From a virus: a DNA stretch of 64,000 bases. Both the position numbers and the translations under genes were made by a program. Below, piece by piece: positions 10,514 to 19,104 of the stretch. The notes beneath the pieces were generated by a model that saw only the letters and a list, made by a program, of their open reading frames with translations, was not told where the DNA came from and ran no database searches. Position 1 is the first letter of the stretch, and the number at the start of each line of letters is the position of its first letter. The DNA lies in IMG/VR virus record IMGVR_UViG_3300030108_004854, positions 1 through 64,000 of that record; one strand, given 5' to 3'.

Positions 10514-10527
10514 TCTTGATTGATTAA

Positions 10528-10558
10528 CCTGGGCATGGCTTAGCCAGTAAGTCCCAGG
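10528..10558 (+). ncRNA. UAAG-bulged hairpin motif A, copy 1
   Basis: CCTGGG-CA-TGGC-TTA-GCCA-G-TAAGT-CCCAGG. Confidence 0.65.
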
Positions 10559-10572
10559 CTATCCACAGACCA

Positions 10573-10656
10573 GAGCGAAAGCTCGAACTGCAGGTTGGTT
10601 CACCTGCTCACTCAAACACCGGAGCGAAAGCTCGAACTGCAGGTTGGTTCACCTGC
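10573..10656 (+). repeat. two identical 35-bp structured direct repeats
   Basis: GAGCGAAAGCTCGAACTGCAGGTTGGTTCACCTGC at 10573-10607 and 10622-10656. Confidence 0.9.
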
Positions 10657-10685
10657 ATTCACAGTACACTTCATCACACTTAACG

Positions 10686-11078
10686 ATGAACATTTTCAAA
10701 GCCGCAACACTCCTTGTACCACAGATCGTCGCTAACTACGACGACGAGACAAGGCACAACAAGGTAGCTGCCACCTGGACCGACCAGGAAGGTTACCGCA
10801 CAACGTACGGCGTGGAGTTCCGCGCAGTACACAACTCAGAACGCATCGCTATCGAGCGAGGCACCAGACAAGAAGACGGTAGCTTTGTCTACGTTGCACC
10901 CAATGGCAACGTTCATACCTGCACCTACGAACGCTTCATGGCCATTGCCAAAGCGCAAGGTGAGCAGGCAATGCACGCACAGTACCGTCGCAATCCACAC
11001 CAGGCTCACTACCAACAAGACACACAATCGCAGGCTTACGAGCGTGTGAATGTGTGGGTACATGAGCCTGCCAACTAA
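10686..11078 (+). CDS. early hypothetical protein
   Basis: ORF of the track (10644..11078); ATG 10686 follows a CATCACAC leader. Confidence 0.7.
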   Translation: MNIFKAATLLVPQIVANYDDETRHNKVAATWTDQEGYRTTYGVEFRAVHNSERIAIERGTRQEDGSFVYVAPNGNVHTCTYERFMAIAKAQGEQAMHAQYRRNPHQAHYQQDTQSQAYERVNVWVHEPAN

Positions 11079-11085
11079 TAACAAT

Positions 11086-11112
11086 GGGTTGCTACGGCGG
11101 CCCTTTCTTTTT
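11086..11112 (+). terminator. intrinsic terminator
   Basis: GGGTTGC-TACG-GCGGCCC then TTTCTTTTT. Confidence 0.75.
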
Positions 11113-11123
11113 ATCTATCCACA

Positions 11124-11348
11124 ATGACTATGGACCTTTACCTAGTAATCCAGTCAACCGATTTCAACGGTGACGGATACTTCCAAGAATTTATTCTTGG
11201 TATCTACGAAGACGGCGATGCAGCTAAACAGGTGCTACATAAACTCATTAAAGAACATGAGGCTGAAGAACCTCATTGCCAAGCTGACATAGATACAGAG
11301 TACTTTATCAAAGAGATGCCACTAATCCCTGCAAAGGTAATCCAATGA
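11124..11348 (+). CDS. early hypothetical protein
   Basis: 74 aa acidic ORF, ATGA-coupled to the next gene. Confidence 0.7.
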   Translation: MTMDLYLVIQSTDFNGDGYFQEFILGIYEDGDAAKQVLHKLIKEHEAEEPHCQADIDTEYFIKEMPLIPAKVIQ

Positions 11349-11683
11349 TTACTACTATCAAGACCTACAAAGACAATGGTCCGTACTTACATCAAGAAAG
11401 GTTTGACTACACAGTCGATAACCTATCTGACTTTATCAAACAAGTACGCACCATCATGGAGAGCCAAGACTCTGATGTCATTGGCGTCTATCACGACGAC
11501 ACATTCATAGGCGGATGGACACAGGAATGTGACTATGAACCCGACTATGAAAATGGCGGATACTACTGCGTATCAGCTGAATACGTCAGACCACAACCAA
11601 ACAGCTTTGACTGGGAGTGCATCAAGAAGTATTGCTTCCATTCAGGCACCCCTGTCAAAACCACCATCGATTCAATCACATGA
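11345..11683 (+). CDS. early hypothetical protein
   Basis: 112 aa, coupled start/stop. Confidence 0.7.
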   Translation: MITTIKTYKDNGPYLHQERFDYTVDNLSDFIKQVRTIMESQDSDVIGVYHDDTFIGGWTQECDYEPDYENGGYYCVSAEYVRPQPNSFDWECIKKYCFHSGTPVKTTIDSIT

Positions 11684-11871
11684 CAACTAACAACATAGAC
11701 AACAAAGTCATCAAGATCACCTGCCGAGATGCCTACGAATATGTAGACATCTTGGAATCAGAGATCAAGATGCTGATCAAGAAAGATATTGTTGGTCCAT
11801 CATTAATCAAACATTATCAAGATCTTCGTGATCGCATAAACATTGCTATCCACACCTATCATCATTCCTAA
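11680..11871 (+). CDS. early hypothetical protein
   Basis: ATG overlaps the previous stop. Confidence 0.6.
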   Translation: MTTNNIDNKVIKITCRDAYEYVDILESEIKMLIKKDIVGPSLIKHYQDLRDRINIAIHTYHHS

Positions 11872-12035
11872 TGACTACCTACAAAATCATTCGCTTCTAT
11901 CACCCATCACAGGGTAAATACAATGAGACAGTTGAGACTGGCCTCACACTAGAAGAAGCCCAAGCATGGTGCAAAGACCCATCCACACGCAAAGACAACA
12001 CGTTCTTTGACGGCTACGAGGAGGAGTACAAATGA
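11871..12035 (+). CDS. small phage protein (GLTLEEAQAWC motif)
   Basis: 54 aa MTTYKIIRFY...GLTLEEAQAWCKDPSTR..., translated by hand, coupled to the previous stop. Confidence 0.65.
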   Translation: MTTYKIIRFYHPSQGKYNETVETGLTLEEAQAWCKDPSTRKDNTFFDGYEEEYK

Positions 12036-12191
12036 ACATCTACAACAATGACGACACAACCAAACGTGACTGCGATATTGTTTACGGTGCATTAACCGTA
12101 AGCACTGCAGTATTATTTCCACCGTTAGCAATTATATCCCTCGGGATGTGGTTTGCCGACAGACAACACTATCCATCACACAATACCAAAG

Positions 12192-12452
12192 ATGACAACA
12201 ACAACTAAACAAATCAGAGAAGAAGCTATTAATAGTGCCATCGAGAAAGATTGGCACGTTGCATCAGAAGGCACTGACTTCACTGCATGTGTTATCGCAT
12301 GGCACAAAGACCCAGCTACTAATTGGTGCCGCGTACTTACTGTTGTTGACGGTCAGTACCAAACAGAAACTATACGTTGCACACCAACAGTTGTTGGTTC
12401 AGGTTATGTAACTGACCATCTCAATGATTTTAAACTTACAACTCAATCATGA
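12192..12452 (+). CDS. early hypothetical protein
   Basis: ORF of the track; likely ATG 12192. Confidence 0.6.
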   Translation: MTTTTKQIREEAINSAIEKDWHVASEGTDFTACVIAWHKDPATNWCRVLTVVDGQYQTETIRCTPTVVGSGYVTDHLNDFKLTTQS

Positions 12453-12561
12453 CAATTCAAATAGTACGTGGTAACAACCTAAAGTACGTTACTGTTGACA
12501 GCTACAAAGCACCGGGCATACGTAATAGTATTGCCCGCTTTATCTTTCACTTATTACACAA

Positions 12562-12780
12562 ATGACTGAACGCAGAACCCAACAACAAGAGCATTTAGTT
12601 CAACCATTGACACAAACTGATGTTCACATGGTTGAACTACTAGCTCAATTACAAGGTGTACTTCCACGCACAGTTATTGAAATTGCATTACATGAATGGC
12701 TTGAAGCTAACTTCATGCGCATTAATTCATTGCATCGTAATGCAAAAGAGATCCACAATCAACTTAATTCAAAAACATGA
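12562..12780 (+). CDS. small hypothetical protein, possibly ribbon-helix-helix
   Basis: 72 aa; the PRTVIEIALHEWLE segment is RHH-like. Confidence 0.5.
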   Translation: MTERRTQQQEHLVQPLTQTDVHMVELLAQLQGVLPRTVIEIALHEWLEANFMRINSLHRNAKEIHNQLNSKT

Positions 12781-12827
12781 AACAACACAAGCACATCCCT
12801 TCTCCTTTCAACAAACAATCTCTAAGT

Positions 12828-12841
12828 AACAGCCAACAGCC
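12828..12841 (+). promoter_or_regulatory. AACAGCCAACAGCC box
   Basis: exact intergenic copy. Confidence 0.65.
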
Positions 12842-12891
12842 TCTTGATTGATAAGTTTTACTTATCATTGCGTACACTTAATCACACCACA

Positions 12892-13194
12892 ATGGACTCT
12901 TCTAAAGAACAACTATCTCGCAAGTCACAAAAAGCAAGATATATACAATATATACAAGTATTAGAGATGCGCATACATTTAGATAAACGTAAAGATAAAT
13001 ATGATTTTGCTGGATTCATTGATGAGTATCATCAGTTATGTATACAAATTGATGCATTATTAAAAATAGTACTTACAGATTTAACAGCAGAAGAAATCAA
13101 AGATGGCTTAGATGAAGTACCACAGGTACGTAGTCTTATTGTCACTAAAGATCTTCAACCAACTACATCTATACACTACACTTCACTCAACTGA
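12892..13194 (+). CDS. early hypothetical protein
   Basis: ATG after an ATCACACCAC leader. Confidence 0.6.
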   Translation: MDSSKEQLSRKSQKARYIQYIQVLEMRIHLDKRKDKYDFAGFIDEYHQLCIQIDALLKIVLTDLTAEEIKDGLDEVPQVRSLIVTKDLQPTTSIHYTSLN

Positions 13195-13198
13195 AACA

Positions 13199-13528
13199 AT
13201 GACAACAATTTCATCACTGCCAATCTGGTATTCAGAACGTAATGCATTTAAGTATCACAACAATTTACATGCATTAGATATGATCTATCTGCATGGTCAG
13301 ATAGAACAAGAAGCAGAATTTGATTTGTTAATGTCACCAAATAATGATGTATCTATCGGTGTTTATCCGGTCATCATTAACATTAACGATACAACTTATG
13401 CTTGTACTGCACATGTTTGGAACAACAGGAGACATGGCAATCGCAAAGGCTTAGTTGTTCTTAACACTGACAAAGAAGCAAGAGAGTATGCACATCTCAA
13501 GTTCATTGAGAAAGCTGATCGTATTTAA
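13199..13528 (+). CDS. early hypothetical protein
   Basis: ORF of the track; likely ATG 13199. Confidence 0.6.
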   Translation: MTTISSLPIWYSERNAFKYHNNLHALDMIYLHGQIEQEAEFDLLMSPNNDVSIGVYPVIININDTTYACTAHVWNNRRHGNRKGLVVLNTDKEAREYAHLKFIEKADRI

Positions 13529-13567
13529 TCACACCACATTAAATCTAATCACATCACATCAAACTCA

Positions 13568-13960
13568 ATGACTGACTCACTACTTGCATGTGTCGGATAT
13601 AACGACGACACCACACAGTTTGAAGAACTAACACTCGATGACAAGATCACTGTCATCTGCAACACAGCAATTAGAAAGATACAAAGAGAATACCCAGATC
13701 AATGCAAAGGATATGTAATTGAACGCCACCAAGGCAAACGGTGGATCAAATTAGTATGCGCGGAAATCTATGAGGATGGTCAACGTCGCAACGGAAGTGT
13801 CTGGGCATTCATTGATCCAGCCACACAAGGGGTCTACAAGCCCGCCAGTTGGAAAGCACCAGCCAAGCATGAGAGATATAACCTAGACGACTTCCAAAGC
13901 TTCTATGACGCCGCACGGATGGCCGATTGGTATGGCTCATGGCTATACCTTAGACACTAA
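13568..13960 (+). CDS. conserved phage hypothetical protein
   Basis: SVWAFID...GVYKPASWKAPAKHERYNL motif seen in cyanophage early proteins. Confidence 0.7.
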   Translation: MTDSLLACVGYNDDTTQFEELTLDDKITVICNTAIRKIQREYPDQCKGYVIERHQGKRWIKLVCAEIYEDGQRRNGSVWAFIDPATQGVYKPASWKAPAKHERYNLDDFQSFYDAARMADWYGSWLYLRH

Positions 13961-13981
13961 GCCGACTAGTACATATGAATT

Positions 13982-14250
13982 ACTACAACATAGTTGTGTA
14001 TCACCATGTACCAGCTATGTTGTAGTTGTTGTGCAATAAAGAGTAGATTTTCTTTATCTATAAAGATCTGTACATTGTGTGCTAGTACATAAGACCCACC
14101 ATATTATTTATATTCTGTACATTTGTAAGTAATTTCTGTACACTTTGTGCTTATTAATTCTTTACATAGCAGTCCCTCACTACAACCACTCACAAATGTA
14201 CAGTTTTCTATATAAATAAAATATATACCCCCCAACTACTCACAACTACA
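13982..14250. repeat. non-coding palindromic element with CTGTACA(T/C)T(T)GT(G) repeats, origin-like
   Basis: direct copies at 14068, 14115 and 14136, inverted copy at 14191, plus a 15-bp hairpin at 13982/14012. Confidence 0.7.
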
Positions 14251-14295
14251 CACAACTCTGTATCAACACGATACATTCATTCTTTAACAAGAAGT

Positions 14296-14309
14296 AACAG
14301 CCAACAGCC
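14296..14309 (+). promoter_or_regulatory. AACAGCCAACAGCC box
   Basis: exact intergenic copy 14 nt before motif A copy 2. Confidence 0.65.
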
Positions 14310-14323
14310 TAATTATTAAGTAT

Positions 14324-14352
14324 CCTGGCATTGCTTGGCATGTAAGCCCAGG
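14324..14352 (+). ncRNA. UAAG-bulged hairpin motif A, copy 2
   Basis: CCTGG-CATTGCTTGGCATG-TAAGC-CCAGG. Confidence 0.65.
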
Positions 14353-14388
14353 TATCCATCACATCACACCACACAACAGGAGACAGTT

Positions 14389-14589
14389 ATGTCCCGCATC
14401 AAAAGCTGGATTCACAACCAACTCGACAAACGAAACATGCTCAGGGAAGACATGTACTACAACGCAGACATCGCTTATGAACTAGAGCAGGCCATGCGTG
14501 AAGAAATGGAAGAACCTCAAAACTCAGAAAATCTAGACATCGACCCTAACACCCAATCAACCAATGAATCAAACAACGTACCATTCTGA
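14389..14589 (+). CDS. acidic early protein ending in VPF
   Basis: ATG after AGGAG; 66 aa. Confidence 0.6.
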   Translation: MSRIKSWIHNQLDKRNMLREDMYYNADIAYELEQAMREEMEEPQNSENLDIDPNTQSTNESNNVPF

Positions 14590-14658
14590 CGAATTCATCA
14601 CGGTAATCATTGCAATCATCGCAACACTATTCACTGTTTTAATCAACAACACAATCAA

Positions 14659-15057
14659 ATGGAAACCATCAACATCCACAACCTACACAACCAAGGACTT
14701 GTTGCCTACATACAACGATACCCTCGTAGTGGAGCAGCAAGATATTTCCTCAACCAATACAAAGTTCACGAAGAATGGGAAGATGAAGAACCAACATCAA
14801 TCAAAATCCACCAGGTCTCGCAAGCCTATGGTGGCCCAGAAGAAGGTGGATGGTGGTACTCGACAGGTGAGGCGCAATCAACTCACTTCATCTTCAGCAA
14901 GAAAGGATGTATCAAGCGATGTATCGAACTCATTGATACCTATAACTTAACGAACCAACCTTCTATTGAAACATCACAAGGTAACTTTGCGTATGAACTT
15001 ACACTAGGCACAGGATACGCAAAAAATTATCCTACAGAACGTCCACATTACGAGTAA
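14659..15057 (+). CDS. early hypothetical protein
   Basis: 132 aa with a YGGPEEGGWWY motif and ending RPHYE. Confidence 0.7.
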   Translation: METINIHNLHNQGLVAYIQRYPRSGAARYFLNQYKVHEEWEDEEPTSIKIHQVSQAYGGPEEGGWWYSTGEAQSTHFIFSKKGCIKRCIELIDTYNLTNQPSIETSQGNFAYELTLGTGYAKNYPTERPHYE

Positions 15058-15063
15058 TCAGTA

Positions 15064-15102
15064 CTGGGCATTGTATTTTCCCCGACTACATGTAAGGCCC
15101 AG
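15064..15102 (+). ncRNA. UAAG-bulged hairpin motif A, copy 3
   Basis: CTGGG-CATTGTA..TACATG-TAAGG-CCCAG. Confidence 0.65.
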
Positions 15103-15126
15103 AGAATCACATCACCTTTAATTACC

Positions 15127-15345
15127 ATGCCTAATCGCTATCGTGTCAAGTACAAACATGATCCACCGCCAAATCCTATCCCCGGTGAAAATTACACTGT
15201 TGGTGCAGGTATCTGGTCTGCCAACATTCGTGCCCATGACATTGATGATGCACGACATCAGATCCTGAAGAACTTTCCTTACAAAAGAGCTGATGGAAAG
15301 ATAGTCAACAGAATCATTGTATCCTGTCGCAAAATCTACTACTGA
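15127..15345 (+). CDS. early hypothetical protein
   Basis: 72 aa after motif A and an ACATCAC leader. Confidence 0.65.
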   Translation: MPNRYRVKYKHDPPPNPIPGENYTVGAGIWSANIRAHDIDDARHQILKNFPYKRADGKIVNRIIVSCRKIYY

Positions 15346-15348
15346 CTC

Positions 15349-15675
15349 ATGCCTAAAAACATCGTTCCAGATGAAACTCCGTCACCTGACGACCTACAAG
15401 GACTATATGGACTCGCTCAAGCTACAAAGAAGTTTGTCGAGCAAGGCACACCACCAGCTTTTGCTGTCTTTATTAATCCAAAGACTGGCAAAACTTATTG
15501 CACTACTCCAGCACAACTTGAAGGTGGTACTGCACCAGATCAAAAGACTATTGACGCCTTAATCAAAACCATTAACATCAATGACCCGAATTCAACAGCA
15601 CGTCTTCAACAGGGAAGCAGTGAGCAGGAGGGGAGGAGCCCCGACGTACGGGATAACGGAGACACCAAAACGTAA
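15349..15675 (+). CDS. early hypothetical protein
   Basis: 108 aa ORF. Confidence 0.55.
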   Translation: MPKNIVPDETPSPDDLQGLYGLAQATKKFVEQGTPPAFAVFINPKTGKTYCTTPAQLEGGTAPDQKTIDALIKTININDPNSTARLQQGSSEQEGRSPDVRDNGDTKT

Positions 15676-15849
15676 GCGTCCTAAATCTAAAGGAAATCTA
15701 ATGTTACTTAAGGAGTTGAATGAGCGAATCAGTTGACCACTACATCGAGTACAGAGATGACATCATGCGTATCTGCCGTGAGTATCAACTAGAAACTCGT
15801 TGCAGTAATGCATTAGTTGCATCGATGTTAATGGATCTAGCACACCGCA

Positions 15850-16128
15850 TTGAAATTAATGACAAAGCGATCTGCCTTCAACTTTGACAAAGACATCTTC
15901 GGTTTTAATGTAACCGAGCATGGCATCAAAAGCTACAGTAAATCATTTAAGGTTGGTCCATTTAGACAAACGATCAACCTTAATCTTGGCAATGGTCATG
16001 TAAAAGGTACGACATCGATACCTGGCACAGGCTTAGCCAAACGCTACAATATCAGTGACAAAGACTGGCATGACTGGTTTCCGGAAGAGCCTGACTTTGG
16101 ACACAAGCCTCCCATGTGGGAGGAGTAA
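15850..16128 (+). CDS. DUF4236-like protein
   Basis: SFKVGPFRQTINL...TTSIPGTGL resembles the DUF4236 pattern. Confidence 0.5.
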   Translation: MKLMTKRSAFNFDKDIFGFNVTEHGIKSYSKSFKVGPFRQTINLNLGNGHVKGTTSIPGTGLAKRYNISDKDWHDWFPEEPDFGHKPPMWEE

Positions 16129-16140
16129 CAGCCAACAGCC
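16127..16140 (+). promoter_or_regulatory. AACAGCCAACAGCC box
   Basis: exact copy 8 nt before motif B copy 1. Confidence 0.65.
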
Positions 16141-16148
16141 TGGTTGTT

Positions 16149-16175
16149 AGACCTAGGCAAGTCTTTAAACTGTTG
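16149..16175 (+). ncRNA. small H-type pseudoknot motif B, copy 1
   Basis: AGAC-CT-AGGCA-A-GTCT-TTAAAC-TGTTG. Confidence 0.55.
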
Positions 16176-16195
16176 TACACAACACCACATCACAC

Positions 16196-16465
16196 ATGGC
16201 GTACATCACTGATAGACAACAAGACTTCATCATCACTTTGTACAAAAGAGTAGATGAAATTCACTTGTTAGCTTCCAAGCTAGACATGCATGATCCACAG
16301 CGGCTCAAATATTCTGGTGCTGCTGATGAGCTGCTGCGACTTTCTGATCGACTGAAACTTCAGTGGTTGCAAGAAGCTGAGTTACTGGAATCAGTAAAAC
16401 AACAAATTACTGATGAACCAATCCCATCTATTACACCAGAGGAAGAGTATGCAATCAATGCCTGA
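16196..16465 (+). CDS. early hypothetical protein
   Basis: 89 aa ORF. Confidence 0.65.
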   Translation: MAYITDRQQDFIITLYKRVDEIHLLASKLDMHDPQRLKYSGAADELLRLSDRLKLQWLQEAELLESVKQQITDEPIPSITPEEEYAINA

Positions 16466-16748
16466 AGTAATTACTGTACACAACTGCGAGCTTGACATTC
16501 GTGATCTGGATTACGGCACTAGTTCTTGGATCGTGTCTGCAACCGTTGCTGACATGCAATTGGTACGGCCTGCTGTCATGCATCCTGCTGACATAGCTGA
16601 GCCAGAAGAGCGTGGACCTGCACAATGCAGTGCCATCTTTGAACTAGATGAAGTATCAGGTGATGAACAACCACCTAACGATCCAGTTGCCCTTCGTCAA
16701 TACATTCAAGATATGAATCTTGATTGGGACATAGACGAAGAAAACTAA
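16458..16748 (+). CDS. acidic hypothetical protein
   Basis: ORF of the track; likely ATG 16458. Confidence 0.65.
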   Translation: MPEVITVHNCELDIRDLDYGTSSWIVSATVADMQLVRPAVMHPADIAEPEERGPAQCSAIFELDEVSGDEQPPNDPVALRQYIQDMNLDWDIDEEN

Positions 16749-16753
16749 CCAAT

Positions 16754-16780
16754 AGACCTGAGCATGTCTTTAAACTGCTC
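16754..16780 (+). ncRNA. small H-type pseudoknot motif B, copy 2
   Basis: AGAC-CT-GAGCA-T-GTCT-TTAAAC-TGCTC. Confidence 0.6.
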
Positions 16781-16805
16781 TTACTACATCACACCAAACT
16801 ACACA

Positions 16806-18638
16806 ATGAAATTCCAACTGCCTGACCAGATTCAGATGGAGGTCATGAGCTATGACCAGACACGTAAGCGTCTAGCCAAACAACAACGTGACGAAGAAGC
16901 AAGGCGTGGCAATATCAATAGAACCAAAGCTGCTAAATATCCCAAAGGTAATGTCATCTCACTAGGTCTAATCCCTGATGACATTGTTAGTACCAGAGAA
17001 ATGCAAGAAGCCATTGACTTTATCAATGGCACCACAATAAAGAATACAATCAGTCGATTTAGTTACATGGAAGATCCACCAGCTGGACAAACTCGTTTGC
17101 ATGCTGTGTTGTATTGGACAAAACAATATTGGGTCGCAGCATGGATGCCTAAGCGCAAAGATGATGGCTACTTGTATGGCATATCAGTTGCATTTAAAGA
17201 TACAGAAACAGCAAGGAAACAAATGCAGACTAATGAAAGATTATTTGTTAATCGTAAAAGCGGAAGTAAATCATTGATAGATGATCCTGACTTGCAAATG
17301 AGTAAGCGTAAGATTGGTCGAACCAACTGGCTAGTTACAACACAGTTCATTACCCAAGAAGAGATTGAAGCTGGCTATACAACGAATTACATACGTGAAG
17401 TTGATATGAATCACACAATAGAAAGATACAAAGAGCGTACACAACTACATTCAGAAGCAATCATGGAGCTATGGCGTAACATCATGGCTGGTGTACCTCA
17501 ATGGGATCACATTAGGTACAACAATAATGATTTTATACGGATGACAAAGCTAGGTAACAGTATTAAATATGTTGTTAATGATTGTCATATTCCATGTATG
17601 ACACATGAAACCATGTGTAAATTTGAACATACTAATGAGTTCTATCACAAAGTATTCAGTGAATATGGAGAATATGACTGCATTGCACCAGAGTTCTTTA
17701 ACTCACCGTGGTTCCGTAGAAAAGTTAACAAAATGGTTAGTGATATGTCAGTGGCATTTGAGATGGCTGATCCAATCAAAGCATCGATGAAACCTATCGT
17801 TGCACCATTATCCGATATGCATCATTACTTACAAGGAGTTAATGAAATGTATAAAGCTTATCCGTTCTGTGACATTAACCATTTAATTGCTAACGAACAC
17901 CTACTTGAACGTGTTAAGTTTCATATGCCTACTTTAAATATCAGCGAATACGCGCATCGATATCTAACAGAAAATGTGCCGCCAGAACGGTTTATTAATA
18001 TGCTGAAGCAACATCATGATTATTTGATTGCAGAAAGAGCCAAACAAAATCAAGATTCATATAATCATCACTACGATGAAGACGACATTAGTGGTAACCC
18101 ACGGATGTATTGGAGACATTGGGCTGACTCAATGAATATGCTTAATCAAGTGTTAAGACACAATGAAAGAACACCAGAAAATATATTACCTACTGAACCA
18201 AAACGTTATCGCATTAATGAATGGCATGACTTACTAATGAGTCAGACCTGGAAGCTTCGTAACCCTAATGAAAAACTTCCACAGAAACTATTCCCTCAAC
18301 CAGTCAAAGCTGAAAGTGACATGGGCACTTTCACATTCTTCCAGCCCATTGACACGCATCAGGTGGCTGAGTGGGGACAGGCTATGCGGAACTGCGTTGG
18401 TAGTGGTAGCTATGCAGAAGGTGTCAGAAAATTCAGGCACATTATTCTGCTAGCGATGGTTGATAACAAGCCACGATTTACCATGCAACTTACGGTTGAT
18501 AACGGAGAGATCAATATTGATCAATGCACAACGCTACGCAATGGTGGTCAGGATTACAAACTGACAGCAGATGAAAACACTTGTCTCAAGACAGCGTTCG
18601 CTAAAGCGTTGCAGTTCAGAGAGATTCAGCTACGCTGA
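16806..18638 (+). CDS. PcfJ-like domain protein
   Basis: C-terminal EWGQAMRNCVGSGSY motif preceded by EWHD, typical of PcfJ-like proteins; start moved from 16764 to the ATG after the leader. Confidence 0.75.
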   Translation: MKFQLPDQIQMEVMSYDQTRKRLAKQQRDEEARRGNINRTKAAKYPKGNVISLGLIPDDIVSTREMQEAIDFINGTTIKNTISRFSYMEDPPAGQTRLHAVLYWTKQYWVAAWMPKRKDDGYLYGISVAFKDTETARKQMQTNERLFVNRKSGSKSLIDDPDLQMSKRKIGRTNWLVTTQFITQEEIEAGYTTNYIREVDMNHTIERYKERTQLHSEAIMELWRNIMAGVPQWDHIRYNNNDFIRMTKLGNSIKYVVNDCHIPCMTHETMCKFEHTNEFYHKVFSEYGEYDCIAPEFFNSPWFRRKVNKMVSDMSVAFEMADPIKASMKPIVAPLSDMHHYLQGVNEMYKAYPFCDINHLIANEHLLERVKFHMPTLNISEYAHRYLTENVPPERFINMLKQHHDYLIAERAKQNQDSYNHHYDEDDISGNPRMYWRHWADSMNMLNQVLRHNERTPENILPTEPKRYRINEWHDLLMSQTWKLRNPNEKLPQKLFPQPVKAESDMGTFTFFQPIDTHQVAEWGQAMRNCVGSGSYAEGVRKFRHIILLAMVDNKPRFTMQLTVDNGEINIDQCTTLRNGGQDYKLTADENTCLKTAFAKALQFREIQLR

Positions 18639-18640
18639 CT

Positions 18641-18694
18641 GAGATTTAGGCAGCCGAGTAACAATGTTGTTGCGTCAGGCGTAAGCCCTATCTC
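18641..18694 (+). ncRNA. UAAG-bulged hairpin motif A, copy 4, directly 5' of the tRNA
   Basis: GAGA-TT-TAGG-CAGCC...GGCG-TAAGC-CCTA-TCTC. Confidence 0.55.
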
Positions 18695-18697
18695 ATT

Positions 18698-18785
18698 GGG
18701 AGTGTGGCGGAATTGGTAGACGCATCGGACTTAAAATCCGTGGACTGTTATGGTCATGCGAGTTCAAGTCTCGCCACTCCTACCA
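18698..18785 (+). tRNA. trnL: tRNA-Leu (anticodon UAA)
   Basis: acceptor GGGAGTG/CACTCCT, D-loop AATTGGTAGA, anticodon arm CGGA-CTTAAAA-TCCG, long variable arm, GTTCAAGT T-loop, encoded CCA. Confidence 0.95.
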
Positions 18786-18805
18786 ATCATTTATTACACA
18801 ACACT

Positions 18806-18982
18806 ATGGCAATCATTACTAAGAAAAGTAAAGCATCTAATGCGAAAAGCAACAACCATGAAAACCGCAGAGAGTTTGGAGGCTTAAGCCCCCGTCTCAT
18901 GAGAAGACTTAGGTCTCGTCAAGCAGCTAAGGCAAAGAGGGTGTCCTCTCACAGTGATCAGGCTGCAAGAGGATTCGCTTAA
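18806..18982 (+). CDS. small basic protein
   Basis: 58 aa, Lys/Arg rich; start after the tRNA. Confidence 0.55.
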   Translation: MAIITKKSKASNAKSNNHENRREFGGLSPRLMRRLRSRQAAKAKRVSSHSDQAARGFA

Positions 18983-19104
18983 CCAGCACCAGGAAACTAC
19001 AAAAACTGATGCTCCCTCAGGACTGACGTAGTTCTTCTGCGTCCCAACACATTCTAAATACATTTGTCTATGCATTGTAAACTCAGCCCGTCGATTTATT
19101 TTCC

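Noticed and set aside
10573-10656. 35-bp direct repeats as a mini CRISPR array
   Set aside because: Only two units, a 14-nt spacer and no cas genes; kept as a structured repeat
14564-14950. 128-aa ORF overlapping 14659..15057
   Set aside because: Mostly overlaps a better-supported gene in another frame; its 5' hydrophobic part could be real but is not supportable
18704-18805. N-terminal part of track ORF 18704..18982
   Set aside because: It is a translation of the tRNA; the real start is probably 18806
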